Origin: Hemiscyllium ocellatum
Taxonomy: Eukaryota
Assembly: GCF_020745735.1 (NCBI RefSeq)
Contig: NC_083406.1
Location: 28,642,255-28,706,254 of the forward strand
Direction of reading: 5' to 3'
DNA: 64,000 bases
Part shown: piece after piece, positions 49,961 through 63,020 of the stretch
How the letters are laid out: the number at the start of each line of letters is the position of its first letter
Position numbering within the stretch: position 1 is the stretch's first letter
Made by a program: the position numbers and the translations under genes
The notes under the pieces: generated by a model
What the model saw: only the letters and a program-made list of their open reading frames with translations
The model's database searches: none
What the model was told of the DNA's origin: nothing

Positions 49961-52049
49961 CATGATTTCACTCTCATTGTCCTTTTGGCTCAACCGAATC
50001 AGCTTGGTTGGTTTTCTTCTTTCTGCTACAATGGGTTTCCTACCCTTCCTGCTACAAAGAGGACAAACTGAGCATCATAACTGATGCCCAAATACACGTT
50101 ACTACGATAGCTACAAAAGGTTGTTCTTATTTATTTTCAACATTGACAGATAGTGCTCGAGTCTAAGTCTAATTTGATCTTTTATTACTTTCAGAAGGGT
50201 TGGAGTAAAGATAGTTCTCTGCTTATTCCCTGGGGGAGCCACAAAATTATCAAGATCAGGCCTTTCCAAAGTAACACCCTTTAGGGGTTGGTGAACAGCA
50301 GCATTAGGGCCTTAGGGTCTAAGGCAGCAATGGCTGTCACGAATCTCTGACTAATTTTTAATAGCAGTGCTCCCTCTACAGGAACCTACCTTCACAGTAC
50401 CATCCCCTCCCTCCACCCACTGGCTCTCCACTGAACGGCTGTCACATTTTTCATTGCCACTTTGCAAAACAGGGTCGGAGAAGGAGGAGTTGGCAAGAAC
50501 TGGTCTAGGATTTTCTGAGAGTCAAAACTTTCATTCAACCATTGGAAGGTAATATGGAATACAAAGCTAAAAATGCTGTAGAATAAACAAATTTTATTTT
50601 AAAAAATGATTGAACAGGAGTACGTCATTCTGTCCTTCAAGCCTGCTTTACCATTCAGTGAGATCATTGCTGATTTATAACTACTCACCCACTTTGTTAC
50701 ATACCCCTTCATATTCATCCTTTACAAATATTACAATCAACATCAATTTTGAACTTGTCAATTGAACACAGGCCTTAAACCTCTTATTTGGTAAAAATCA
50801 GGAGTAGGAGTCTATGTCCCAGGTTTCCACTGTACCAATACTAATTTTTAAATGATGCCCTCATTGCTTTGGACTCTGTTACATAGAATGTTCTTTTTGT
50901 GAAAGTCAACATGTTTGGACATGTTATAACACGTTTCCATGTTTAATTGGGACTTGAACCTTGACCTTCTGGCCAAAGGGTAGGAACACTACCATATTGT
51001 GCATTCTATGATGAAGAATTATGCCCTTAATGAACCCAATAACTGGGCTAAACATTTGTTTCTGCAGCAAAATATTGGTATCAATTAATAAACCCCAATG
51101 GTCGCAGAGATCATGTCCCGTGCACTATGCACTTTTTTCTTTAAAGCTCCACTGTTTTATTGAACTCTTCACCATTGCACAATTCCACTGACTGATAACA
51201 CAAGTGAGATAGGACAAGCAGAGAATTTGCGGCACACCATGCTGAGTGACTTCCTCAATCTCATACCCTTTTCAGCCGAACAAGAACATATCGAAAGGCG
51301 ACGCAGTCTGAAATCTAAACCAGTAAAAAGTTCACATAAAGGGCAGGAAATAAAATTTCAAAATGAGTGGAATCAATGATAATTGAGTTTGACTGAAAGT
51401 TGATAGTGAGACCCTGAACATGCATTACGATTAGATTATCCAGGTTACATAATTTTAATATAATGTTGTCATTGTGAAGCAACAGTATTCCCAGAACGCT
51501 ACACTTACACTTTGAACATTTTCTTCAAACCCATTTCTTCTCTAGGGAAATAAAACAGCAAAGGAATATTTTTCCAATTTGGAATCCTATTAAGTAAGCA
51601 AATACAACAGAGACGTGCAGAAACATCAAGTGTAAGACATCCTGTCATTCACAAAAGAACCAGCATTTATGTTGTTGCTTACCAATCACATGCTTGGTGA
51701 GGTGACAACAATTAGTGGTGTCTCACCGCTTACAATTTCATTGTGTCCCAACTTAAATCAGAAGCGCATCAGAATACGATGTTCTAGGGATCAATACTTT
51801 CAGTCAGTAAAAGTCACAAATGTCAATAGGTGGGACTACTCTAGCTTGAAGATCACATATCTATCAACATTTCTCACAGGCAGTGGATTGCTTGCCTTTC
51901 AGAACACATGATACCAGGACTGCCTGTCACTCAAACCCACCTGCCACAGTTGGGAATCGAGAGAGAATGTTTCTGTTCTTTGCTGAGCTGGTTTGGCAGT
52001 GTCCAACACTTGGACCATATTTTTCGGCTTTGGAAACAACTGGTACCTT

Positions 52050-52632
52050 ATATATACTATTCGGTCACATCATCATTGGTTAGGCCACTGTTTGGAATAT
52101 TGAGTGCAACTCTGGTCTCCTTCCTATTGGAAAGATGTTGTGAAACTTGAAAGGGTTCAGAAAAGATTTACAAGGATGTTGCCAGGGTTGAGGACTTGAG
52201 CTACAGGGAGAGGCTGAACAGGCTGGTGCTGTTTTCCCTGGAGTGTCGGAGGCTGAGGGATGACCTTTTAGAGGTTTACAAAATTATGAGGGGTATGGAT
52301 AGGGTATATAAGCAAAGTCTTTTCCCTGGGGTCGGGGAGTCCAGAATTAGAGGGCATAGGTTTAGGATGAGAGGGGAAAGATATAAAAGAGACCTTTTGG
52401 GCAAGTTTTTCATACAGAGGGTGGTATGTGTATGGAATAAGCTGCCAGAGGAAGTGGTGGAGGCTGCAACATTTGCAATTGCAACATTTAAGAGGCATTT
52501 GGAAGGGTTTGGAGGGATATGGGCTGGGTACTGGCAGGAGGACCAGATTGGGTTGGGATATCTGGTCGGCATGGACAAGTTTGACCGAAAAGTCTGTTTC
52601 CATGCTGTACACCTCTATGACTATGACTCTAT
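52050..52632 (+). mobile_element. CR1/HER1-type LINE 3' end (relatively young)
   Basis: LSYRERLNRL.LFSLECRRLR.DL.EVYKIMRGMDRV; tail ctctatgactatgactctat. Confidence 0.92.
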
Positions 52633-54559
52633 CACAAGGCAGTGTTAAAAATGGGTTTGAACATGTCTCATTCAACCTCATCACCTGAAGCAGCCTCTAT
52701 TTAATCATGAAAATATTGCCAGTTAAATTTTGTTTTATAGATTCAGAAGATGTGGAAGTAATTGACAAAGACAGTATTTACTACTCACCCCTAATTACAC
52801 TTAAGAAGCAGTAAACCATGATTTTCAATACCATGAAATACCCTGCTAGGTAATTTCAGAGGACCATTAAAAATCATCACATTGCTGTGGGTTTGGAGTT
52901 GGTCGCATGTTTTCCTGATTCAGCCTCATGAACAAACTCCTTCCAAGCCAATAGTGTTATGACCAGCATTATTTAATAACCCTTCTCCATTCCAGATTAA
53001 TTAATGAATTACATGTAAATCCCCTCAGATGCCATGATGGGTTTGAATTTGCGGCCCTGTTGTTTTAGTCCAATGGTATTGCGGTTCTATGACATGAGTA
53101 TGGTAATCCAGCAATTCAAATTCTTGTGGATGGTAAACTGAGAGCATTACTAACATGTTGTTGTTTTCATCAGAACTGCTCAAAAGTTTAAGATTTATCA
53201 TAGTTTTTCTTTGTGCCTTTATTCCAGTTTGATTCCCAATCTTCTTTCCTCAAAGTCAACACATTTACTGTTGTTCTCTTTATGGGGGCAGAACATTCAT
53301 TCCATTGTAGATAGATCACTGACGTGCTCATTCTCTCAGGATTTGCACAAGTCAGTCCAGTAAACATTGGAACCACAGCAAAACAGGAAGCAGGGGAGAG
53401 AAAGCATCGGAATTCAAAACCCCCCAAAATAAGGAAGCAGATGAATCCTTTTGAGAACTGCCCTTTAACATCAAAATTGAAATGGAAAAATAACAATATT
53501 GCAGCTGAATAATGAGCTCTGGAGGGCTAGGAAATGTTTCTGTCATTTTGTATATTATCTAGTTTTATAATGAGCATCATTAAACATTAATACTATCATT
53601 TGCAGATTTAAATTGGCAAAGGAGAGCTTAGAAATCTAAACAAATCACTGAACTGTCAAAAAAAGAACAGAATATTTCACTTTAAACGCATGTATTAATG
53701 CAGTCACCACCTCAATCACTGGCAGATTGGCCAAGAGGCACCTTAACTTCATGCAAACATAAACATAATTTATTACATTGGGAAAAATTAGAGCAATTTA
53801 CTCTTTGTTTCTTACGGATACCCAAGAGCTATATTTGTTCTTTTTAAGGGACTATATATGCTTTCAGGATGTGGCATCTCATGCACATTAATCCCAGAAT
53901 GGCTGACTCTGGTTACTAAAGAAACTGACACTGAAGCTGGCTGACCCTTGAATGACTTCAGCTCATGGATTTGATAGTATTCTTGGCTCCCCCGCTGAGT
54001 GACATTTCAAGCACTCTCTCTGACCTTTACTCAACAGCAACAGCATTTGTGACTTTACAACGTTAAAAAAAAGTCAATTTTACTTGATTACAAAGGGGTA
54101 TTTCCTCCTCTTGCAATCTCTTCGCCTGTACCCCCACCCCCACCGCAAGCTCTCTTCATCAATTCCCAAATTCTGTCCCCAGCAGTATCAAGAGTAGGAG
54201 GTCCAGTCATTCAGTGATTAGCAAGCTAGTACAGTACTAACAATAACAGGTCCTCTTTTATCTTCTCTAATACTACAGTCTTTTATGAAAACTCTTAAGT
54301 AAATTGCTCAATTTGGAGTCCATGATAGTCCTTTACATTTTCATTTCTCCATGCCAACTGTATAGCACTGTTAAAAGTGAAGTTAAAGTCTTGCATACAA
54401 TTGTTATGAAGAATGTTGAATATAACTGTTTTCTTGGAAGTAATGTGGGACAGCTAGACTACGGACCGTTCATGAATCACACCATATATGCTTTATTCAT
54501 CCCTCCAACCCAGTTACCCAAACAGTTTCAACTTAGTGCTTGATGGTAAAGAGGAGACA

Positions 54560-54978
54560 AAGAAAAAACTGCAAATACTGGAATCCAACATAGACAATCA
54601 GGAGGCTTGGAGAACACAGCAAGCCAGACAACATCAGGAGATGGAGAAGTTGACATTTGGGGTGTAACCCTTCTTCAGAACAGGAAGTGGGTGTAAGGGA
54701 AGCTGATAAAGGGGATGGCGGGGGCAGGGTGAAGTGGGGATAGGTATAGGCAAGTAGAGGTTATGACCTGGTTGGTCAATGGGAGGAATGAATCCAGTAG
54801 GTGGCTGGGAGGAGTGGAAGGAAGGGGGAGGGGCTTAGAAGGGAGTCAGGGCAAAGGACTGGAGGTTACTTGAAATTGGAGAACTCAATGTTGAGTCCTC
54901 CAGGCTGTAGGCTGCCTAGGCGGAAGATGAGATATTGTTCTTCCAATTTGCAGTTTGGTTCGTTGTGGCAATGGAGGC
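54560..54978 (-). mobile_element. Penelope-like 3' fragment (older subfamily) with degenerate HHR
   Basis: Minus strand YLIFRLGSLQPGGLNIEF; ctgaagaagggttacaccccaaatgtc. Confidence 0.8.
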
Positions 54979-55029
54979 AATAATAAAGAACTTGAACATC
55001 ATTTAAGAGAGAGACAAATTGCCAAATAT

Positions 55030-55330
55030 TTTAATCTCACATTCATTGGAACGAGTGCAAGAGTGCCAAATTTCAAACAATTTATGCTACAACAAAAGGA
55101 AGCTGACAGGATGGTAAATCGATCTGATTAACTGAACTGTGGCCATAGAGAGAATTTTCAAACCTTCAAAAGGTATATGGCTTGAATATGTATCTTTTGT
55201 TTGCAGAGAAAAGATCCATGAATGTGAATACATGCTGTTCCCAATCCATGTAATATAGCTATTAGCACACTCAGGACTGTTCAGCAAGTGTTTCTCAGTT
55301 CTGGAATCATATCTAACAGTAGACATTTCA
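55030..55330 (-). mobile_element. Decayed Poseidon-type Penelope-like endonuclease C-terminus
   Basis: KHLLNSPECANSY and ...FLCKQK motifs; homologous to 1250-1470. Confidence 0.55.
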
Positions 55331-56924
55331 GTTTTGGCCCTCCAATTCCTGAAAGAAATGTATTACTATTCCTTTTATATAACCAGTATGCCATCAATCC
55401 TTTCATGTAAGCGTAGGGAATGAGCAACAGGTAACACATTCAAACACAGGATGCTGTACACTCAAGTCCTGCCTTGCCCTGCCCAACCACACAACATGTC
55501 TGCCTGCCAACCGATGCGAGTCAAAAAGTGATTGGTAGCAGGAGTCTGAACCTGTCCCCTGCATAACCGGAGGCAATTGATTGACAAATTGACCTTAGCT
55601 TGACCTGAACTTGGAAGCCACCAGCCATTAAACTCAACCTCTCGTAGGTAATGCTTGGTAGCCTCTCTGCAATCAAAGATACTCTGATTTCCATTTAATT
55701 TTGAACACATGTTTTATCAGAGAATTGTCCACTTGCCTGCAGCTAAAAATTGGATTTCTTTGTCTTGATAACAAGTTCCTCAGCTCATTGTGTTCTCACA
55801 ACCATAGCGTGGGTGATCTAAATTTCCAGGTGGCAGAGGAAATGATCCTAACGATGCAAGAGTGTTAAATGTAATTTGCCTTGAATTAGCATATAAATGA
55901 GGTGCATGACAGTGTTAAATCACAAAGGAATTAAACATGATAAAATTACATTTCTGGGCTCAGAGGTACAAAATAACAAAGTTACTCAGTTGTTGTTTGA
56001 GAAGCAACCTTTGCAAATTGCCACTGCCTTCCAACAATGCAAGTTAGAACGAGAAGAAGTGATACATCACATCCAGTCTGCCCTGCAGCTTCGGGTCCTG
56101 TTAGATGTAGCCCTGAATTTACATTTCTAAAATAACCAAATAGATGGAGGTTTTGAAAATATCTAATTCATGCAGATAACATGCAAGCTACAAACAAAAT
56201 CCCTGCATTTAATAAGCGTGTTTAACTATACTTTGCAGTGTTATGCATAATCTGTGTCAACTTCTATATCATTTGTGGCTGTCAAAACTGTTGATCTACT
56301 AAACTCATTGACAAAACACATTTTCAAAGAATTCATTTCTCCAATAATAAAGCATAGCAATGTGCGAGCATTTGAAGGAGCAAAAGGTGTTAGGGAAACC
56401 TCATCATGGATTGAATTTAATGCAAACCCCCATTGAGAGTTTGGTGATAAGGATGGGGGAGGGGGCATATTAGGTCAGTTGAACAGAGTTCGATGAATTA
56501 AGGTAAGTTTTGAGGATGGGCAGATCATGGGCCAGCACTTCAATTAATTCCAGGGTGGGAAGTCTGAAGGACAGTCTTCCCACCTGTCACCATATGAAGC
56601 TCTTCAGTGGATAATTAGCACCCACTTAAAAGTCTCATCCCATTGTCACTGGTATTAACCAAGTGGTAAAAGCAGGATATTCACCATGCAGAAAGCCCAA
56701 AGAGTAAACTCTGCCAGGCTTACTTGAGGGTTTCTGCAGGTGAGGCTGCTTCTTTCCTCAAAGGGACGCAGCACATTGAGGGACAGCATCAAAAAGGGAG
56801 GTCTTACTGATATTGAGCCCCCTTAGCCCAAAAAAAACACCCCCATGATGCTCTCCCGCCAATATCCACTGCTTTTGCTTTCCTGGGCAAGCTTAGTCTT
56901 CAGGTGGGTGTGATATTGGCAGTA

Positions 56925-57047
56925 AAAAAGGAGGTCTGCAGATGCTGGAGATCACAGTTGAAAATGTGTTGCTGGTTAAAGCACAGCAGGTTAGGCAGCA
57001 TCCAAGGAATAGGAAATTCGACGTTTCGGGCATAAGCCCTTCATCAG
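56925..57047 (-). mobile_element. 123-bp hammerhead pLTR-only mini-element with perfect 13-bp TSD
   Basis: TSD gatattggcagta at 56912-56924 and 57048-57060. Minus-strand core CUGAUGA-A-GGGC-UUAU-GCCC-GAAA-CGUC-GAAU is intact. Confidence 0.93.
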
Positions 57048-60037
57048 GATATTGGCAGTAGCCAGCATCCTGCAGTGACACTGCTAACTGCCAATCTCTG
57101 ATTAGCCAGCAGCCTCAGCAGCAAGATTTCCAACTATGGGGAAGGTCCACGGCTGCCTAGTTAAGTGCCTGAATTATAACACAGGTCTCTCTTGGTCTCT
57201 CCAGCTGATGGGTGAGACCCCATCACCTTCATTAAATATCACTCAATGAATTACTGATTTTGCTAGGTACTAGCTTATCAACAGAGGTGAGTATTGCTCC
57301 AATTTTGAAGGGAATAAATAACATTGAGAAATTAAATAAGCCCAACATCACCATCTATACACAAAAAGTCTTGATTCTGTACAGCACTTTAATGTAGTAA
57401 AGCATCCCAAGATATTCCACATTATCAAAGGTGAGGTCAGATGAACAGGGCTTGATCAATCAAGGTAGGTTTTGAGGAGAGAAAAAGGGAAAGAGAATTA
57501 GAGGCAGGCATGTTCAATGAGGGAATTTCAGAGCTTATGACCAAGATAGTTGAAGATATGGCTACTAATAGAAATTGAAAATGGAGATGTGGAAGAAGTC
57601 GGAATGAGATGCAGATCTAAAGGACTGTTGAAGGGCTGAAGGACGTTAAAGTGACAGACAGGGGCAAAGGTATGGAGGGGTTTGTTTAAAAAAAATGTGA
57701 ATTTTATAATTTGAGAAACTGCTTAGGCAATCCTATTTGGAGTTCTCTATCTACGTAATCAACCACAGAAAATGGTGCAAGGCAAGCCTTGAAAATTTCT
57801 GGTTGCACCACAACAAAAAGGATGTCATCCAATCTCTGCATCGTACAATATGTTAAAGCAGTTCAATTGACAAACCATTCCATATACAGGACAAAGGCAA
57901 GGCTGTTTTCTTGCTGGAGATGCCAATGAGCTGTGTGACAACCTAGCAAATATCTCGCAATTATCAACTTAAACTATAAAAAAGCAAGGACTGGGAATTA
58001 AAATGATCCAAGCTTCTGTTCTCTAAAAGTAATGAGTGGTTTCACGATTCATCTACATAAACCTTCCGAAAGATAAAATCAAATCCTTGGATACTGTTAC
58101 ATTTTCTCTCATAGTTGAAATGCTTTAGATATCATCACTGCATCATAGCATGTGAAGGTCTCAGACTCCATCTTAACTGTGGTAACTTGAAGCTTGGCAC
58201 GCTGATGAAAGCTTTCTATGCTCTGTAGCTAAATAGTTCAACATTAGCCTAAAATCTGAAAGTGCTTGGGACTGTAATATCTCTCAAGAGTCATAACATA
58301 CATTTGGTGAATTTACCATGTTAGTTCAAACGTTATGGGCGCAAATGTAAACATTTCTGGAAATACCCAGCTAGAGGCAAGACCCACATCATGGTCATAA
58401 GTTCATGGTAGGCAGTGGTGGCTATTTATAATTTAAAAGTAGAGTCCAGGTCCTGGGTTAAAGAGTTTGGAAACCTCACTGAAGAAGCACTTGACAACAG
58501 CCTTGAACATCGAAGAATTTAGAAATTAACTGAAACAGTTCCTGTGAGTACGGATCATTGAACAGCCAGGAGGCAGAGTTACTTCCTTTCTGCATAAAGT
58601 CTAAGTCCTTTAAAGTTTAGAAGCCTTGTTATTCTTTTCTTTGTAAAAAGCAACAGAGAGCCTGCTCTCTTATTTAAAAATCAAGTAAAAACGTTTCATA
58701 CAATATCGATACAAAGCTCTCCTGAACAAAATATAGCTTATAAAATTAAATGAACTAACCAATCCAAGCTGTTGCAGAGATTGTTGATCCCACCATTTTG
58801 TCCCCTCCATTCGGTGCATGGTGGAGGGAAGCTCACGTGACAGCATTATTTGGTACAAATGCCATCTAGTGGCAAACACCTGCTGCCACAGGCTTGTATT
58901 TCTTGAAAAAAATGTCGAAAAATGATTAGAACCCCAGAACGAAGTAGCAACTGTGAAAAATAAAATGAAACCTAAGAACAAAAGTGAAAACTAAAGTGGG
59001 AGGCAAAGCAGGCGAGGGAAAGGAAAGAAAACAAATGAAACCTGCTTTTGACTTCTACAAAAAAAAGCCTTCAACAAGAATTAGAAGTCCAACACTTAAT
59101 TATGGACTGGGCATACATTTATTGAATTACAGACCAATCCCAAGTAATAAATGATCTCAAGAAGAAATCTCTGAAAACTTCAGTCGTTATTGTCAAGGAA
59201 GGACTCTGCAGGATAATCAAGAGCAACTGAGGACAACATGCACCTCTCCAATTGGCATATGATTGAGAACAGAATGAGATATCAAACCTTTCAAGCAGTA
59301 CATTGAAATTTGAATTATTAATTTTATAAGCTCTGCTTTTACCCAGTTGCATAATTATTGAATTGACACCACATGCTTATCAACAACCATACAATTCTGA
59401 GATTTTTGTTTCCTCTTTGGAAAAAGGGGAGTATCGTGTTGTACCTTTTTTTTAACATTCTACTCATCAACATATATGTGTCAAACTCCATCTTAACAGG
59501 ACTACTTGAAGCATGACATGCTGGTGAAAGCATGCTACTCTTTGGAACTGAACAAATGAATATTAACCCATACACTGAAGTGTATGTGACTCTAATACAT
59601 AGATATATCACAAGTTATAATTAATACCTGTTGAATTTTTCAGTAACATGTAATCCATGTCTTTTTTTTAAAGTTATGGAAGCTAAAATAAGCATTGCTG
59701 CATTAAATACAAATTCTTGCTGGAGGCAAAATGCATATCAGGATGACAGATCAGCTATTGCACTGAAGGTAACTTTTCAATACTGTGTGAATGACATATT
59801 AAATTTATTAACAAATGTTTCAATCCATTTTCATTATCTTCGTCCTCTCTTGCTACTGATGTTTCTAAAAGTTGGATTGGTCTCAGAATTTACTGTTAAC
59901 TTTGTGTTTTCGGCACATAAACCAGAAAACAAGTATCTTTTGTTACTTGCTCAACACCGGTGCAACCATGAGACACAGGGTGAATGTACTCTCATTCATG
60001 TTATCCATGTGTGCAGATTATAGATGCTTATGTGCGT

Positions 60038-60525
60038 AGAGTCATAGAGATATACAGCACAGAAACAGACCCTTCAGTCCAACTCATCCATGCTGACCAA
60101 ATATCTTTAACTAATCTAGTCCCATTTGCCAATACTTGGCCCATTATCCCTCTAAATGCTTCCTATTCATATACCCATCCAGATGCCTTTTAAATATTGC
60201 AATTATACCAGCCTCCACCACTTCCTCTGGCAATTCATTCCATACTCACACCCTAAACCTCTGTCCTCTAGTTCTGGATTCGCTTACCACAGGGAAAAGA
60301 TCTTTTTTATTTACCTTATCCATACCCTTCGTGATTTTATAAATCTCTATAAGGTCACCCTTCTGCATCCGACACTCCAGGGAAAAAAGCCTCAGCCTAT
60401 TCAGCCTCTCCCTATAGCTCAAACTCTCCAACCCTGTCTATATCCTTGTAAATCTTTTCTAAACCCTTTCAAATTTCTAACACCCTTCCGATAAGAGGGA
60501 GACCAGAATTGCACGCAATATTCCA
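60038..60525 (-). mobile_element. CR1/HER1-type LINE 3' end
   Basis: ESLSYRERLNRLRLFSLECRMQKGDLIEIYKI; antisense tail agagtcatagag. Confidence 0.9.
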
Positions 60526-61499
60526 AACGCTTCTTTCTTCTCTTGTGGCATGTGAGTGTTGCTGTCAAAGCCAACATTTATTGCCACCTTTAATTGTCCA
60601 GGAGATGGTCAGCTGCTTTTCAAACGCTGCATTTGGTATAGGTACACCCATAGTATTGTTAGAGAGGGAAATGCAGGATTTTAACGTAGCAACAACAAAG
60701 GAATGTTGTTCCAAGTCAGAATGGTGTTTGGCTTGGAAAGTAAACTGCAAGTGATTGTGTTACTAAGTGTCTGCTGTCCTTGTTCTTTTTTGTCGAGGTC
60801 ATAGGTTTAGAAAGAGTTGTAAAAGGAGCACTGGCATGCAACCATCCTTTACCCACCTTCCTGCCCTGACTAGTCCCATACTGGGGCAAATGAAGGTCTC
60901 TTCCATCTCCAAACCTGGCAAGCAAATTGGAAGCCACTTTTCTCGCCTGCCAAAAAAGCAGGCATCAGACCAGTTCAAAGTTGAGGTCCTTATGTGGCCA
61001 TTAATTAACCACTTCAGTGCCTTCATTGATGGTGAAGTTCACCCTTGGATTTTCCCAAACAATATCTAACTGCTAAGGTGGTGAAAAGTGAACAAGTGTC
61101 TCTGCAGAGTCAACCTGCCCAATTATCTCCCCTTACAGATACCTCCAAGGAGGGGATAATTATGCTCTGTGCACTGATAATGAAAGGTATGATTGTTAAG
61201 ATGGTGGATGGAATGTCAGTTAAGCAGATTGCTTTACCTGAACTGTGTCGAGCTCCTCAAGTGTTGTTGGGGCTATCTTCATGCAGGGAAACAGACAGTG
61301 TTCCATCACATCGTTTATAAAGAGTTAAAAAGCTTAAGGAATCAGAAGATCGACTACTCATGACAGAGTTTCCAGCCATTGTACTCGTATGGCTGGACCA
61401 GTTAAGTTTCTGGTCAATGGCAACCCCCAGAAAGTAGATAGTGGGGATTTCATTGATGGTAGTGTCACTGAATATCATGAGATTTACCCATGGTGGAGA

Positions 61500-61585
61500 T
61501 CCATGGTGAACGGCTTATGCTCGAAACCTCGGTCCTTCTGCTCTTCGGATACTGGCTGAGCTTTTCCAGCGCCACGCTCTTTGAG
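61500..61585 (+). mobile_element. Degenerate pLTR-only hammerhead mini-element inside a LINE remnant
   Basis: atggtgaacggcttatgctcGAAAcctcgg...cttttccagcgccacgctct. Confidence 0.55.
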
Positions 61586-62059
61586 CGAAGATGGTCATTG
61601 CCTGGTAGTTTAGTGTGGTACAAATGTTATTTGTCACTTATCAACCCAAGCCTGAATGTTATCCTAGTCTCATTACACAGGATGTTTCAATATCGGAAGA
61701 CTCACAGATGTGTTGAACGTTATATTAACATTTATTTCCAGTTATTTGGTATCTATCGAAAATGTTTTAGGCTTGCCACTTTCATGCATATGACTGTTAA
61801 AGTGCTCCTTTAATTGTTAGATAGTGTGGGAATGCTTGATCCACTATAAGCCAAGTACCCTGTACATTCTGGGTGGAGCATATTCATGGAGAGGTAGGAT
61901 TCTGAATTGTTGCCATGTACAGAGAAAGCCAACATTAGCAAAAAGAAAAATCTGAATGTCTATTAATTGTTGAACAATTGTAAAGACGGGGAAAAAAACA
62001 TATTACTGAACCGAAAAGCAAATCTCTGACATGCCTACTGATTATTTTCAAACAAAATA

Positions 62060-63020
62060 ATGAAACAAAGATGACACCAGCCCCATCACCGCCAATGGAT
62101 GCCATAACCAGACACAAATTCCCTTCCGTTCCTTTGTCAGCCTTCTGCAGGGACTGTTCCCTCCCTGGTCCACTCCTCCTCAATTCCCCAAACCCACACA
62201 GCAATCTTAATTTACAACTGCATAAAGTATAACATTTGCCCATTTACTTCCTCACTTGTCCAAGGCCATAGACATACCTTCCAGGTGAAACAGCAATTTA
62301 CCTGCACTTCACTCATTCAGTCCAATGTAATCACTGTTCACAATATGGTCTCCTCTACATTGAGAAGACAAAATGCAGATTGGCTGACCGCCTTCCAAAC
62401 ACCTACGTTCTGTCTGCACAAATGACCCAGAGCTTCCAGCTGACTGCCACTTCAACACGTCATCATGTTCCCACTCCAACATTTCTGTCTCGGGTTGGCT
62501 GCAGTATTCCAGTGAGCCTCAGTGCAATCCTCTCATCTTCAGTTTGGGGACTCAACATTGAGTTCAATAACCTTCGAGCCTGATTCCATCCTTCTGTTTC
62601 TTTTTTACCTCACACCCAGTCTTCTTATAACATGGATTACTTTTTGTACAGCAATCCTATTTTCACCCACACTCAGGCTTATTATCACATTATATGGTTT
62701 GCTTTCAGCGCAGACTACCCATTTGCTGCTACGCTCAGCTCTCATTATCACTTATCTAGTTTCTCTTCTTCCCTGATCTGCTATCCAAAATCCCCTCATT
62801 TACCTGCTCTGTTCATCTCTCTCTCTGGGTTCCATCTCCATCCCACCCTGCAACCCCCTCCCACTCCCACTCCCATCTCATCATCAGCATAAATATCAGT
62901 TTGTCCCAGTTGCTATCAGTTCTAATGAAGAGTCACCAGTCTCTAATGTTAAATTTGCCTTCTTCCCACAGATGCTGCCAGACTTGTTGAAATTCACCAA
63001 CAATTTCTGTTTTTGTTTCA
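62060..63020 (+). mobile_element. Old Penelope-like element (GIY-YIG remnant, 3'UTR, pLTR)
   Basis: caatttacctgcacttca...ggtctcctctacattgagaagacaaaatgcagattgg (FTCTS...GLLYI), ggactcaacattgagttc, HHR remnant ttctaatgaagagtcacc, pLTR ccacagatgctgccagac. Confidence 0.75.

Noticed and set aside
56500-57235. Possible non-autonomous DNA element, with similar GC-richer segments at ~6800-7350, ~55450-55640 and ~60840-61150
   Set aside because: Shared motifs are short, and TIRs or TSDs could not be defined by eye.
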